The notes under the pieces were generated by a model. It was not told the DNA's origin. It saw nothing but the letters and a program-made list of their open reading frames with translations, and searched no databases. The position numbers and the translations under genes are program-made. From positions 1,536,001 through 1,600,000 of the forward strand of contig OY970342.1 in assembly GCA_963717505.1 (NCBI GenBank): a DNA stretch of 64,000 nucleotides. The letters are read 5' to 3'. Below, piece after piece: positions 20,533 through 30,782 of this stretch. Source of the stretch: Candidatus Eiseniibacteriota bacterium (GTDB lineage Bacteria > Eisenbacteria > RBG-16-71-46). The first letter of the stretch is position 1, and the number at the start of each line of letters is the position of its first letter.

Positions 20533-22367
20533 GCACGATCAACGATTTCAGCATCCACGTCGCCACGGTGAACGGCTCGGGCAGCCAGACCGCGAACACC
20601 GTGCTGCTGCGCGCCATCTTCCAGATGGGGATTCCGGTCAGCGGCAAGAACCTGTTCCCGTCGAACATCGCCGGGCTGCCGACTTGGTTCACGATCCGGG
20701 TCAGCAAGGACGGCTGGCTGGCGCGACGTCGGACCAACGAGATCCTGGTGGTCATGAATCCCGAGACCGCGGCGGCCGACGTCGCGTCGGTGGCGCCGGG
20801 CGGGGTGATCGTGCTCAACGAGCAGATCCAGGTGCCGCCGATCCCCGACGATCGCTTCGTCTATCGCGTGCCGATGCAGCAGCTGATCGCGCCGGTCACC
20901 GCCGACGTCAAGCTGCGCCGGTTGGTGGTCAACATGATCTACGTCGGCGTGCTCGCCGAGCTGCTCGGCATCAGCGAGGCCGAGGTCGAGCGGGCGCTCG
21001 ACGCCCAGCTCGGGCGCAAGCCGAAAGCGCTCGCGCTCAACCACCAGGCGGTACGTGCCGGCTGGGAGTGGGCGCGCGCGAATCTGAAGAAGGCGGATCC
21101 CTACAAGCTGGCGCCGATGAAGGCGACCACGGGGAAGATCCTGATTGACGGCAACACCGCGGGTGCCATGGGTGCGATGTTCGGTGGCGTGACCGTGGTC
21201 ACCTGGTATCCGATCACGCCCTCGTCGAGCCTGGTCGAAGCGCTAATCGGATTCCTCGACAAGCATCGGCGGGACGACAAAGGCAAGGCGACGTTCGCCG
21301 TGGTCCAGGCCGAGGACGAACTGGCCGCGATCGGCATGGTGCTCGGCGCCGGCTGGGCGGGTGCTCGCGCCATGACGTCGAGTTCGGGCCCCGGGATTTC
21401 GCTGATGGCGGAGTTCGCCGGCTACGGCTACTACGCCGAGGTTCCGGCGGTGATCTGGGACATCCAGCGCATCGGTCCGAGCACCGGACTGCCGACCCGC
21501 ACGTCACAAGCCGACATCCTGTTCGTCCACGGTCTGTCGCACGGCGACACCAAGCACCCGATCCTGCTGCCCAGCTCGGTGCGCGATTGCTACGACTTCG
21601 GCATGAAGGCGTTCGATCTCGCCGAGAGGTTGCAGACGCCGGTGTTCGTGCTCTCGGATTTGGACCTCGGCATGAACAACTGGATGAGCGACCCGTTCCC
21701 CTACCCGGAGAAGCCGTGGGATCGCGGCAAGGTGCTCGACGACAAGGCGCTCGAGAAGCTGCCCAAGTTCGAACGTTATCGCGACCGCGACGGCGACGGG
21801 ATCCCGTATCGCACGCTGCCGGGGGTGCGCGACCCCAAGGGCGCTTACTTCACGCGCGGCTCGGGCCACGACGAGGCTGCGCGCTACACCGAGGATCCGG
21901 TCGTCTACCAGCGCGTCATGGACCGGTTGGCGAAGAAGTTCGAGACCGCGCGCACGCTGGTGCCGCCGCCCGAAATCGTCGAGGAACCGGGCGCCGAGAT
22001 CGGCATCGTCGCCTACGGCTCGAGCCACTGGGCGGTGACCGAGGCCCGCACGATGCTGCGGGCTGCCGGTGTACCCAGCGGCTACCTGCTGCTCAAGGCG
22101 TTGCCGTTCGCGCCCCAGGTCGCGTCGTTCCTGCAGAAGTACGCGCGCATCTACGTCGTCGACCAGAACCGCGACGCACAGATGGCCCAGCTCGTGCGAC
22201 TCGAGTCAGGATTGTCGCCCGATCGCATCCGCTCGGTCCGGCACTACGACGGCATGCCGATCGACGCCCAGTCGGTCGCCGACGCGATTCTGCGGCAGGA
22301 GGGCCGGCCGACCGCGCCGATGCCCGCCGAGCCGCCGGTCGGGGTCACGACCGATCGTTCGACATGA
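20529..22367 (+). CDS. 2-oxoacid:acceptor oxidoreductase alpha subunit (gamma-alpha fused)
   Basis: NGSGSQTAN, FPSNIAGLPTW, YPITPSS, QAEDELAA, SSGPGISLM, QRIGPSTGLPTRT. Confidence 0.95.
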   Translation: MSTINDFSIHVATVNGSGSQTANTVLLRAIFQMGIPVSGKNLFPSNIAGLPTWFTIRVSKDGWLARRRTNEILVVMNPETAAADVASVAPGGVIVLNEQIQVPPIPDDRFVYRVPMQQLIAPVTADVKLRRLVVNMIYVGVLAELLGISEAEVERALDAQLGRKPKALALNHQAVRAGWEWARANLKKADPYKLAPMKATTGKILIDGNTAGAMGAMFGGVTVVTWYPITPSSSLVEALIGFLDKHRRDDKGKATFAVVQAEDELAAIGMVLGAGWAGARAMTSSSGPGISLMAEFAGYGYYAEVPAVIWDIQRIGPSTGLPTRTSQADILFVHGLSHGDTKHPILLPSSVRDCYDFGMKAFDLAERLQTPVFVLSDLDLGMNNWMSDPFPYPEKPWDRGKVLDDKALEKLPKFERYRDRDGDGIPYRTLPGVRDPKGAYFTRGSGHDEAARYTEDPVVYQRVMDRLAKKFETARTLVPPPEIVEEPGAEIGIVAYGSSHWAVTEARTMLRAAGVPSGYLLLKALPFAPQVASFLQKYARIYVVDQNRDAQMAQLVRLESGLSPDRIRSVRHYDGMPIDAQSVADAILRQEGRPTAPMPAEPPVGVTTDRST

Positions 22368-22416
22368 GGTGGATCGTTGTTCCGAACACTCCGTGCCAAC
22401 CCGGGAGTCCCCAGCC

Positions 22417-23208
22417 ATGAGCATTCCGATTCACACCGTGGACGCGTTCACCGACCGCGCATTCGGCGGCAATCCTGCCGGAGTCTGTCTCCTGGAAACG
22501 CCGCGCGAGACCGAATGGATGCAGTCGGTCGCTCGCGAGATGAACCACAGCGAGACCGCGTTCCTGTCGCCGCATGAAGGCGACGGCTTCGACCTGCGGT
22601 GGTTCACCCCGGTGCGCGAGGTCAACCTGTGTGGCCACGCGACGCTGGCCAGCGCCCACGTGCTGTGGGAGAACGGTGTGATCGGTCCGCGGGCAACGGC
22701 GCGCTTCCACACGAAGAGCGGAGTGCTCGCCGCGGTTCGCCGCGACGGCGCGATCGAGATGGACTTTCCGGCGCGCACGCCGGTGGCAGCGCCGGCGCCC
22801 GCCGGGTTGGCCGAGGCGTTGGGCGCCAAGGCCAAGTGGAGCGGCCGCAACGTCGACGACTGGCTGGTCGAGGTCGAGTCGGAGGCCATCGTGCGCTCGC
22901 TCGAGCCCAACTTCTCGCGCCTGGCAGAGGTCGACGCCCGAGGCGTCGTGGTCACCAGTCGGGCCGCGAACCATGGCGCCGATTTCGTGTCGCGCTTCTT
23001 CGCGCCTCGCTTCGGCGTCAACGAGGATCCGGTGACCGGCTCGGCGCATTGCGCGCTGGCGCCCTACTGGGCGGGAAAGCTCGGACGCGAGCAGCTCATG
23101 GGCGAGCAACTTTCTGAACGCGGTGGCCAGGTGCGCGTTCGGGTCGAGGGCGAGCGCGTGATGCTCGGCGGCAGCGCGGTGACCGTGCTGCGCGGAGTGT
23201 TGGTGTGA
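22417..23208 (+). CDS. PhzF family isomerase
   Basis: VDAFTDRAFGGNPAGV, MNHSETAF, LRWFTPVREVNLCGHATLA, EDPVTGSAH. Confidence 0.95.
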   Translation: MSIPIHTVDAFTDRAFGGNPAGVCLLETPRETEWMQSVAREMNHSETAFLSPHEGDGFDLRWFTPVREVNLCGHATLASAHVLWENGVIGPRATARFHTKSGVLAAVRRDGAIEMDFPARTPVAAPAPAGLAEALGAKAKWSGRNVDDWLVEVESEAIVRSLEPNFSRLAEVDARGVVVTSRAANHGADFVSRFFAPRFGVNEDPVTGSAHCALAPYWAGKLGREQLMGEQLSERGGQVRVRVEGERVMLGGSAVTVLRGVLV

Positions 23209-23254
23209 CGGTGCGTGCCGGTGACGTTCGGCCTGGTGTTCTAGGGGAGGCGTC

Positions 23255-24043
23255 ATGCGCGGCATGATCCTGATTCCGGTGCTGCTCGCGATCGCAACCC
23301 CCGCGGCCGCTGGGCTCAACGCCTATTACGAAGGCTTCGAGCGCTTCCAGGGCAAAGCAGTTCCCGCCACCGCCCACTACGCGGTCGAGTCCGGACGCGC
23401 AGTGGCCGCCCTCAAGGGTGGGAGTTTCTCCTTTCGAATCCTCTACTTCGACCAGGAGCAGTTGCTGCGCATGGTGCTCGACAGCGAGAAGCAGTACGTC
23501 GACTTCCCGGTGAGCGAGGGCGGGATCACGGCCTCGATGGAGGAGCAGATGAAGGCGCAGATCGCCGATCTGCCGCCCGAGCAGCGCAAGATGGTCGAGG
23601 ACATGATGAAGCAGCAGATGGAGGCACCGGGGAAGACCCCGACGTTCGAATACGTTCGGACCGGCAAGACGGCCACGGTGCTCGACTACGAGTGCTCGCA
23701 GGTGGAAATCCTGGCCAACAAGAAGAAGACCTCGGAGTACTGGGGGACGTCGTCACCCGACTTCGCAATCAGCGAGACGGAGCGCCATACGGTTCAGAGC
23801 ATGGATCGCGCGCTGCACGGGGCCGACGTCGGCGGCCGGGACGGCGGCGCGTCGCAGGTCCTGCGCTGGGACGCCGAGAAGGATGGGCATCCGCTGATCA
23901 TGCGTTGTTTCAGCGACACCTCGATTACGTTGCACCTGCAGCTCGCGAGGTTCGATCACAAGCCGATCCCCAAGGACCTGTTCAAGATTCCGGCCGGATA
24001 CAGGAAGACCGAGATGCCGACCATGCCGAGCGGCGACCAGTAG
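23255..24043 (+). CDS. Secreted DUF4412-like protein
   Basis: Signal peptide; LPPEQRKMVEDMM, TGKTATVLDYEC, DLFKIPAGYRK. Confidence 0.7.
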   Translation: MRGMILIPVLLAIATPAAAGLNAYYEGFERFQGKAVPATAHYAVESGRAVAALKGGSFSFRILYFDQEQLLRMVLDSEKQYVDFPVSEGGITASMEEQMKAQIADLPPEQRKMVEDMMKQQMEAPGKTPTFEYVRTGKTATVLDYECSQVEILANKKKTSEYWGTSSPDFAISETERHTVQSMDRALHGADVGGRDGGASQVLRWDAEKDGHPLIMRCFSDTSITLHLQLARFDHKPIPKDLFKIPAGYRKTEMPTMPSGDQ

Positions 24044-24053
24044 GAGCGCATCC

Positions 24054-25121
24054 ATGAGCACGACCACGCAACCCGAACGCAACCGCGCCGGCCTGACCCG
24101 CGCCGACTACGACGGCAGCAAGACCACGCTGTGTCCCGGCTGCGGCCACAACGCGATCACCGCGGGCATCATCCAGGCCGCCTACGAGTCGAACCTCGAG
24201 CCGCATCGCGTGGCCAAGCTCTCGGGCATCGGCTGTTCGAGCAAGACGCCGGCCTATTTCCTGGGGCAATCGCACGGTTTCAACGCGGTGCACGGCCGCA
24301 TGCCGAGCATCGCCACCGGCGTCCGCGTGGCCAATCGCGACCTCTTGTTGATCGGCGTGTCGGGCGACGGCGACACGGCCAGCATCGGGCTCGGCCAGTT
24401 CTGTCACCTGGTGCGGCGCAACGTGCCGGTGGTCTACATCATCGAGAACAACGGCGTCTACGGACTGACCAAGGGCCAGTTCTCGGCGACCGCCGACGTC
24501 GGCAGCACCCAGAAGGGCGGGGCCAGGAACGAACTGATGCCGATCGATTGCTGCGCGATCGCGATCCAGCTCGGTTGCGGTTTCGTGGCGCGATCGTTCT
24601 CGGGCGACCAGAAGCAGCTGCGTTCCCTGCTCAAGGCCGCGTTCGCCCACCGCGGGACCGCGGTGCTCGACGTCATCAGCCCGTGCGTGACGTTCGCCGA
24701 CCACGAGGGCTCGACCAAGTCCTATGCCTACGTCAAGGAGCACGATTCCCCGCTCCACGGCATCGACTTCGTCCCCTACTACGAGGACATCACGGTCGAC
24801 TACGAGCCGGGCACGACGCGCGAGGTGGCGATGCCCGACGGCTCGCACATTGTTCTGAAGAAGCTTGCCGACGATTATGATCCCACGCGCCGCGACACCG
24901 CACTCGCCACGCTGCAGGACGCCGAGCGCGACCAGAAGTTGTTGACTGGACTGCTGTACGTCGACCCGCAGAAGGTCCCGTTCGAGGACGAGCTGGAGCT
25001 GGACGCCCGGCCGCTCGCGGGTCTACCGCTCGAGGCGGTGCGCCCGACGCGCGACGTGCTCGACAGGATCATGGAGAGCTACCGGGTCGGAAGCGTGGCG
25101 GCAGCCGCCGGCGGAGGCTAG
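24054..25121 (+). CDS. 2-oxoacid:ferredoxin oxidoreductase beta subunit
   Basis: LCPGCGH, SGIGCSSK, HGR, GDGD (TPP motif), NNGVYGLTKGQ, SPCVTF. Confidence 0.95.
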   Translation: MSTTTQPERNRAGLTRADYDGSKTTLCPGCGHNAITAGIIQAAYESNLEPHRVAKLSGIGCSSKTPAYFLGQSHGFNAVHGRMPSIATGVRVANRDLLLIGVSGDGDTASIGLGQFCHLVRRNVPVVYIIENNGVYGLTKGQFSATADVGSTQKGGARNELMPIDCCAIAIQLGCGFVARSFSGDQKQLRSLLKAAFAHRGTAVLDVISPCVTFADHEGSTKSYAYVKEHDSPLHGIDFVPYYEDITVDYEPGTTREVAMPDGSHIVLKKLADDYDPTRRDTALATLQDAERDQKLLTGLLYVDPQKVPFEDELELDARPLAGLPLEAVRPTRDVLDRIMESYRVGSVAAAAGGG

Positions 25122-25150
25122 CCGGGGGCGTCGAGCCTGGCGACCCGTCG

Positions 25151-26284
25151 ATGCCCGAGGATTCCGGCCGTTCCGGCGCCACACCGGACTGGCGCGATGT
25201 CGGCGCCGAGTCGGATCTGGCCGCGCGTCCACTTCGCCAGATCACGTTCGATCGGGTGCGCATTGCGCTGATCAGCAAGGACGGCGAGTTCAGCGCGATC
25301 TCGGGAGTCTGCAACCACGTCGGCGGGCCGCTCGGCGAGGGAACGCTGGAGGGCGACTACGTCGTCTGCCCGTGGCACCAGTACCGCTTCCACCGTCGCA
25401 GCGGCGAAGGCGAGCCCGGCTACGAAGCCGATCGAGTGCCGTCGCACGAGGTCCGGGTCGAAGGCGGCCGCGTGTTGGTGAACGTGATCCCGGCGACCAC
25501 CCGCCACAAGCTGCGCCACGAACCGCATCCGCTCACCCAAATCACGCCGCGCGGCGCGCCCGGCGGTCCGGCGCTCGATGCGCCCCTCCGGGTAGTCGGG
25601 ATCTCGACCACCCAGATGAACCCGAAGTACCCGCGCTTTTCGACCTCGGAGCACCTGCTCGAAACCGGGCTCGCGCATGCGCAACGGGAGCTGTCGGTCG
25701 AGACGAGGGTGATCCGGCTGCGCGATCTCAAGTTCCGTCCCTGCGAGGGGTACTACTCGATCAGTGCCCACGCCTGCACCTGGCCGTGCTCGATCACCCA
25801 GATGGATCCCAACGACCAGCTCGACCGAGTCTACGAAGCGTTCGTCCAGTGGGCCGACATCTTCGTGATCGCGACCCCGATTCGCTGGGGCTCGGCCAGC
25901 TCGCTCTACTACAAGATGGTCGAGCGGATGAACTGCATCCAGAATCAGGAGACGATCGCGAACCGCATCTTGCTCCGGAACAAAGTGGTCGCATTCATCG
26001 TCACCGGCGGGCAGGACAACGTGCAGGCGGTGGTCGGGCAGATGATGAGCTTCTTCGGCGAGCTCGGCTGCCAGTTCCCGCAGTTTCCGTTCATCGCCCA
26101 TTCCCGCGGCTGGTCGGCCGAGGACATGGAGGCCAACGTCGCGGCGGTCCGCGCCAGCGACGAGCTGCGCACCGCCGCGTGCGAGCTGGTGGGGCGTTGC
26201 GTCGACACCGCGAACGCGCTGATCGGGCGCCGGATCGGCTCCGAGCGCGTGTCGAGAGGCGGCCGCAAGGCCGGATCGATGTAA
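25151..26284 (+). CDS. Rieske [2Fe-2S] domain fused to flavodoxin-fold (FMN reductase/Isf-like) domain
   Basis: CNHVGGPL...CPWH Rieske ligands; then PCEGYYS...CTWPC, WADIFVIATPIRWG. Confidence 0.85.
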   Translation: MPEDSGRSGATPDWRDVGAESDLAARPLRQITFDRVRIALISKDGEFSAISGVCNHVGGPLGEGTLEGDYVVCPWHQYRFHRRSGEGEPGYEADRVPSHEVRVEGGRVLVNVIPATTRHKLRHEPHPLTQITPRGAPGGPALDAPLRVVGISTTQMNPKYPRFSTSEHLLETGLAHAQRELSVETRVIRLRDLKFRPCEGYYSISAHACTWPCSITQMDPNDQLDRVYEAFVQWADIFVIATPIRWGSASSLYYKMVERMNCIQNQETIANRILLRNKVVAFIVTGGQDNVQAVVGQMMSFFGELGCQFPQFPFIAHSRGWSAEDMEANVAAVRASDELRTAACELVGRCVDTANALIGRRIGSERVSRGGRKAGSM

Positions 26285-26294
26285 CGACCTTGCG

Positions 26295-26669
26295 TCAGGC
26301 GCTCAGCACCACGCGCGCCCGCTCGACGTGGGCCTCCGGCACCAGCAGGTAGTCGGTGTCGAAAGTCGAGATTGCGAACACCGGAATCCCGTTCGCCGCC
26401 AGCACCGACGTGAACCCCGCGATCACGCCGGTCTCGCCGAACGGGATCGGGCCCTCGACTTCGAACGCGCGCCAGCCCCGTTCTGCGGTCACGCCCGCCG
26501 GCACTTCGGCCTCGGGACACACGACCGAGACTTCATGCGGTGTTCGCGTCACGGACCTGAGGGCGGGCGGGTCTTTCACCGCCACGACCGCCTCCGTGCC
26601 GGCCGAGTTCGCGGGGTCCATCCGGCCTACGGCGTAGCGACCTGCGAGCAGCGTCACATGGCGAGGCAT
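26295..26669 (-). CDS. ACT domain protein
   Basis: SVTRTPHEVSVVC, GWRAFEVEGPIPF, ISTFDTDYLLV. Confidence 0.9.
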   Translation of the reverse strand: MPRHVTLLAGRYAVGRMDPANSAGTEAVVAVKDPPALRSVTRTPHEVSVVCPEAEVPAGVTAERGWRAFEVEGPIPFGETGVIAGFTSVLAANGIPVFAISTFDTDYLLVPEAHVERARVVLSA

Positions 26670-26826
26670 CGAACCTCACGATCGCGGCCCCGGTGGCGCC
26701 ACGTGCGAACGCCTACCCTTCGTCGTACACTTGTCGGCGCGAAACGCATGACCCCATCGTAACCCCGCGATCCGTTCTGTACAGCCTCGCCGCGGCAAAT
26801 CCGCGCCTGCCCACGGAGCCCTGCCC

Positions 26827-28212
26827 ATGGATGCCCTGACTCGGTACCTCGACGACCATCGCGAGCAATTCCTCGACGACCTGAAGGCCGTGCTGCGGAT
26901 CCCCAGTGTCAGTGCGCAGCCGGATCACAAGGGTGACGTCGCTGCCTGCGCCAGGCACATTGGCGACCACTTGAAGAAACTCGGCGTGACTCGAGTCGAA
27001 GTCGTGCCGACCGCGGGCCACCCGGTGGTGTACGCAGAGTGGCTGGGCGCCCCGGGCAAGCCGACGGTCCTGCTCTATGGGCATTATGACGTGCAGCCGG
27101 TCGAGCCGCTCGATCTGTGGAAGAGCCCGCCGTTCGAGCCGACGCTGCGTGACGGCAAGCTGTACGCGCGCGGCGCGGTCGACGACAAGGGCCAAGTGTA
27201 CATGCACCTGGCGGCGGTCGAGGCGCTGTTCAAGACGCACGGCTCGCTGCCGGTCAACCTGAAGATGGTGATCGAGGGTGAAGAAGAAGTGGGTAGCGTG
27301 CATCTCGAGGCCTTCCTGCGCGAACGCCGGAAGCAGCTCGATGCCGACGTCATCGTGGTCAGCGACACCGGTATGCTCGGACCCGACCAGCCGACGCTGA
27401 CCTTCGGCCTACGCGGCATCCTGTACACGCAGATCGAGGTCACCGGACCCGGGCACGATCTGCACTCCGGGCACTTCGGCGGCGCGGTCACCAATCCAGC
27501 GAACGCGTTGTGCGCGATCATCGCTGGGCTCAAGGACGCCGATGGCAAGGTGACGGTGCCAGGTTTCTACGACAAAGTGCGGCCGGTGTCAGCGCGCGAG
27601 CGCGAGCTGTCGGCGGTGGCACCGTTCGACGAGCGCGCGTTCATCGCCGAGAGCGGTGCTCCGGAACCCGTCGGTGAGCGCGGGTTCACGACCCGGGAGC
27701 GCATCTCGGTGCGTCCGACCCTGGACGTGAATGGCATGTGGAGCGGTTACATCGGCGAAGGCGCCAAGACCGTGCTGCCGTCGTTCGCCGCGGCCAAGGT
27801 CAGCATGCGCCTGGTGCCCGACCAGAGTCCCGAGGAGCTGTTTCCCAAGTTCGAGGCGCAGGTGCGCAAGCTCGCGCCAGCCGGGGTGACGGTCGAGATC
27901 AAGGGACACCACGGGGCACCGCCGTTCCTCACCGATCCCGATGACCCGATGCTCGAGTGTGCCCGCCGCGCGCTGTCGCGCGCCTGGTCCAAGCCGGTGG
28001 CGATGATCCGTGAAGGTGGCTCGATCCCGGTGATGACGACGTTCCAGCAAACGCACGCGGGCGTGCCGGCGATTCTCATGGGCTTCGGGCTCGACGACGA
28101 CAACGTGCACGCACCGAACGAGAAGTTTTCGCTGACCTCGTTCCACGGCGGGACCAAGAGCGTCGCGTATCTCTACCAGGAGCTGGCCGCGGCGGTCCCG
28201 GCGGTGCGGTGA
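26827..28212 (+). CDS. M20 family dipeptidase
   Basis: YGHYDVQP, ARGAVDDKGQ, EGEEEVGS, DLHSG, GGSIP, HAPNE. Confidence 0.95.
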   Translation: MDALTRYLDDHREQFLDDLKAVLRIPSVSAQPDHKGDVAACARHIGDHLKKLGVTRVEVVPTAGHPVVYAEWLGAPGKPTVLLYGHYDVQPVEPLDLWKSPPFEPTLRDGKLYARGAVDDKGQVYMHLAAVEALFKTHGSLPVNLKMVIEGEEEVGSVHLEAFLRERRKQLDADVIVVSDTGMLGPDQPTLTFGLRGILYTQIEVTGPGHDLHSGHFGGAVTNPANALCAIIAGLKDADGKVTVPGFYDKVRPVSARERELSAVAPFDERAFIAESGAPEPVGERGFTTRERISVRPTLDVNGMWSGYIGEGAKTVLPSFAAAKVSMRLVPDQSPEELFPKFEAQVRKLAPAGVTVEIKGHHGAPPFLTDPDDPMLECARRALSRAWSKPVAMIREGGSIPVMTTFQQTHAGVPAILMGFGLDDDNVHAPNEKFSLTSFHGGTKSVAYLYQELAAAVPAVR

Positions 28213-29183
28213 GGCGTTTCGTCGCGATCGTTCTCATGGTCGCGGCCGCAGCGACGTCGGCTCACGCTGCCGATCGCAATTCTCTGGTGGTGCGCGGCGT
28301 GGTCGTGGACGTTGCGGGCGATCCCATGGCGAAGGCGCGCGTGTTTCTCGAGGGACCGCATCCCGCGGCCGCCGGGGTCGACGAGAACGGGCGCTACACG
28401 CTCAAGATCCCGGTTGCCGACTGGTCGGCACTCGAGCGCGAGCCGCTGGCACTCTGGGTCGACGCCGGACGCACCGACTGGACGTTCAATCTGGCGAACG
28501 GCGGCCCGGCGCTGCGCCTCGAGATTCGGGCACGCCGCGACAGCGCCGGGGCCAGGCGTTGCGTGATTCGCTCGAACGACACCGAGGTCACGGCGAAGCT
28601 CGCGGAGGGAGTCGCCCGGCGCGGCGCGCTGCGCGACACGATCGAGTTGCGCTTCGTCGGCACCGCCGGCCCCGATCCGGGTTTTCGCGACCTGCCGATG
28701 TTCTCGATGGAAGACGTCGCGGTTGCCGCCGCGCCGGTCGTGGCGGTGGCGAAGCCGAAGGCGACCACGAACCCGCCGCCCGCGCCGCCCCCCACAGCCA
28801 ACTCTTCCGACTCACTGGTTGCGATCGTCGTGATTCGACCGGGCGACACGGTCGCGGTTCAGCCACCGCCGCCGCCGGCGCCGAGCGAAACCTGCGAGTG
28901 CCGGATCGAAGGCATGGTCGAGGTCCGCTCGGGTGCGCCGCTCACAGGACGCACACCGGTGGTGTTCTGGCTCGAGAGCAATCCCGCCGAGCGTGACTCG
29001 GTCGAACTGTTCATGGGCTCGCCACGGCCTTTCACGCTTACGGCGAGGGGGTGTGGGACGCACCGGGTGCGCTACGAGGTGCGTGGCCGACAGCGATTCA
29101 ACCTGGCATCGCCGGACCCGGTGATCGATTGCGTCGGTCAGCGCACGCGGCAGGTCCGTATCGTTCTGGCGCCGCCGCGCTGA
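28209..29183 (+). CDS. Secreted hypothetical protein (carboxypeptidase-regulatory-like N-domain, Pro-rich linker, Cys-containing C-domain)
   Basis: Signal AHA-AD; VRGVVVDVAGDPMAKARV...DENGRYTL; GTGA overlap. Confidence 0.6.
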   Translation: MRRFVAIVLMVAAAATSAHAADRNSLVVRGVVVDVAGDPMAKARVFLEGPHPAAAGVDENGRYTLKIPVADWSALEREPLALWVDAGRTDWTFNLANGGPALRLEIRARRDSAGARRCVIRSNDTEVTAKLAEGVARRGALRDTIELRFVGTAGPDPGFRDLPMFSMEDVAVAAAPVVAVAKPKATTNPPPAPPPTANSSDSLVAIVVIRPGDTVAVQPPPPPAPSETCECRIEGMVEVRSGAPLTGRTPVVFWLESNPAERDSVELFMGSPRPFTLTARGCGTHRVRYEVRGRQRFNLASPDPVIDCVGQRTRQVRIVLAPPR

Positions 29184-29196
29184 CATCCTCGACGCC

Positions 29197-30744
29197 ATGG
29201 CCGCCGCCGAACTGCCCGCGATCGATCCGGAGGACGTCGAAGCACTGACGCGACGCCTGGTCGCGATTCGCAGCGTCAGCCCGGATCCGGAAGGCGAAGC
29301 CCAGTGCGGGGACGCCCTGGCCTCGCAGCTGCCGGCGGACATTCCGCACGGTGCCTGGTCGACGCGCGACGGCCGCCCGGTGATTTGGGCAATGGCCCGC
29401 GGGCGCACCGCGCGCACCGTCATCCTGCTCGGTCACTACGACACTGTAGGGGTCGACGAGTTCGCGGCGCTGGACGACGATCGTGACGCACAGATCGCGT
29501 TCGATCCGAAGCGCCTGCGCGCGACGATGCTCGAGCGACAGGCCCGTGGATTGCCGCTGCCCGCCGACATGGCCGCCGACCTCGAGGAGGAAGTGCGGGC
29601 GCCGGGCTCCTGGATGTTCGGGCGCGGTGCGCTCGACATGAAGTCCGGCCTCGCCGCGGGCGTCCATGCGCTCGAGGCACTCTCGCGCACCCGCCTCGAC
29701 GGCAACGTGTTGTTCGTCGCGACCCCCGACGAAGAGCATGCTTCGACCGGCATGAGCGTCGCCGCGCACGAGCTGGTGCGATTGCGTGAGGCGCGCGGGC
29801 TCGACTACGCGGGCGTGCTCAATCTGGACTATGCCCCCGAGCCCTGCGGCTTCCACGGTCTGATGGGCAAGAGGGCGGTGGGCTGCCTGGTGCTCGGGAC
29901 GCCGGCCCACGCCGGGGCGCCGGGTGAGGGCGTTGATGCCGCGCAGCTCGCAGCCGCGATCGCCCTGGGTGCGACCACGACGCCACTCACCGGGCTCGCG
30001 GAACCTGGATTCGGCGGTCGCGTGCCTTTGGCGACGCTCATTCAACTCCGCGACCTCAAGCACACGTACGACGCGCAAACCACGGCCGAGGCGATCGTCG
30101 AGCTGAACCTGATCTCGAGCGCCGAAGAGTCGGCATGGGCGCTCAACGTGGTGCGCGCGGTGGTCACCGTGGCGTGCAGAGCGTGGGCGAACACCGTGCG
30201 CAGCGCCGGCGGGCAGGCGCCGCCGGTCGAGGTGCACCTGATTTCGGAGTTGGACGACTCTCCGAGGTCATCCGGGTCGAGCGAGGCGGCGCTGGTCGCC
30301 GCGCGGGCGCGAACCCTCGAGAGCGTGCGCCGGAGTGTCGCGCACGTGACACGGCCCGCGGTCGTGCTGTTCCTGTTCCCGCCCTACTACCCCGCGGCCG
30401 CGCCGCGCGAGAGTTCGGTGGCGCTCGCGGCGGGCGGCGTCCTCGATCGCGAGGGACTCCCGATGCGCGGCCGCTACCCTTACATCAGCGACGCCTCGTA
30501 CGTGTCGTGGCGGGGCGAGCCGGTCGAGGAGATCGCTCGTCACTTGCCGGTGCTGGGCGGGCTCTACCGCGTACCGCATGCGGCAGCGGCTGCACTCGAC
30601 CTCGACGTCGTCAACGTCGGCCCATGGGGTCGTGGCGCGCACGGGCTCTACGAGCGTGTGAACGCGCGGTATGCGTTTGGCAGGCTGCCCGGGCTGATTG
30701 CCGAAATTGCGGCACGTGCTTGCAGCCCGGGGGAGCCGAAGTGA
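29197..30744 (+). CDS. RocB-like M20 metallohydrolase
   Basis: GHYDTVG, FGRGALDMKSG, TPDEE, PYISDASY, NVGPWGRGAH. Confidence 0.8.
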   Translation: MAAAELPAIDPEDVEALTRRLVAIRSVSPDPEGEAQCGDALASQLPADIPHGAWSTRDGRPVIWAMARGRTARTVILLGHYDTVGVDEFAALDDDRDAQIAFDPKRLRATMLERQARGLPLPADMAADLEEEVRAPGSWMFGRGALDMKSGLAAGVHALEALSRTRLDGNVLFVATPDEEHASTGMSVAAHELVRLREARGLDYAGVLNLDYAPEPCGFHGLMGKRAVGCLVLGTPAHAGAPGEGVDAAQLAAAIALGATTTPLTGLAEPGFGGRVPLATLIQLRDLKHTYDAQTTAEAIVELNLISSAEESAWALNVVRAVVTVACRAWANTVRSAGGQAPPVEVHLISELDDSPRSSGSSEAALVAARARTLESVRRSVAHVTRPAVVLFLFPPYYPAAAPRESSVALAAGGVLDREGLPMRGRYPYISDASYVSWRGEPVEEIARHLPVLGGLYRVPHAAAAALDLDVVNVGPWGRGAHGLYERVNARYAFGRLPGLIAEIAARACSPGEPK

Positions 30745-30782
30745 TGATTCCCCGGTCCACCCGCTACCAAGGAGATTCTCGC

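Noticed and set aside
22417-23208. Phenazine biosynthesis cluster
   Set aside because: Lone PhzF-family gene; no other phz genes are present.
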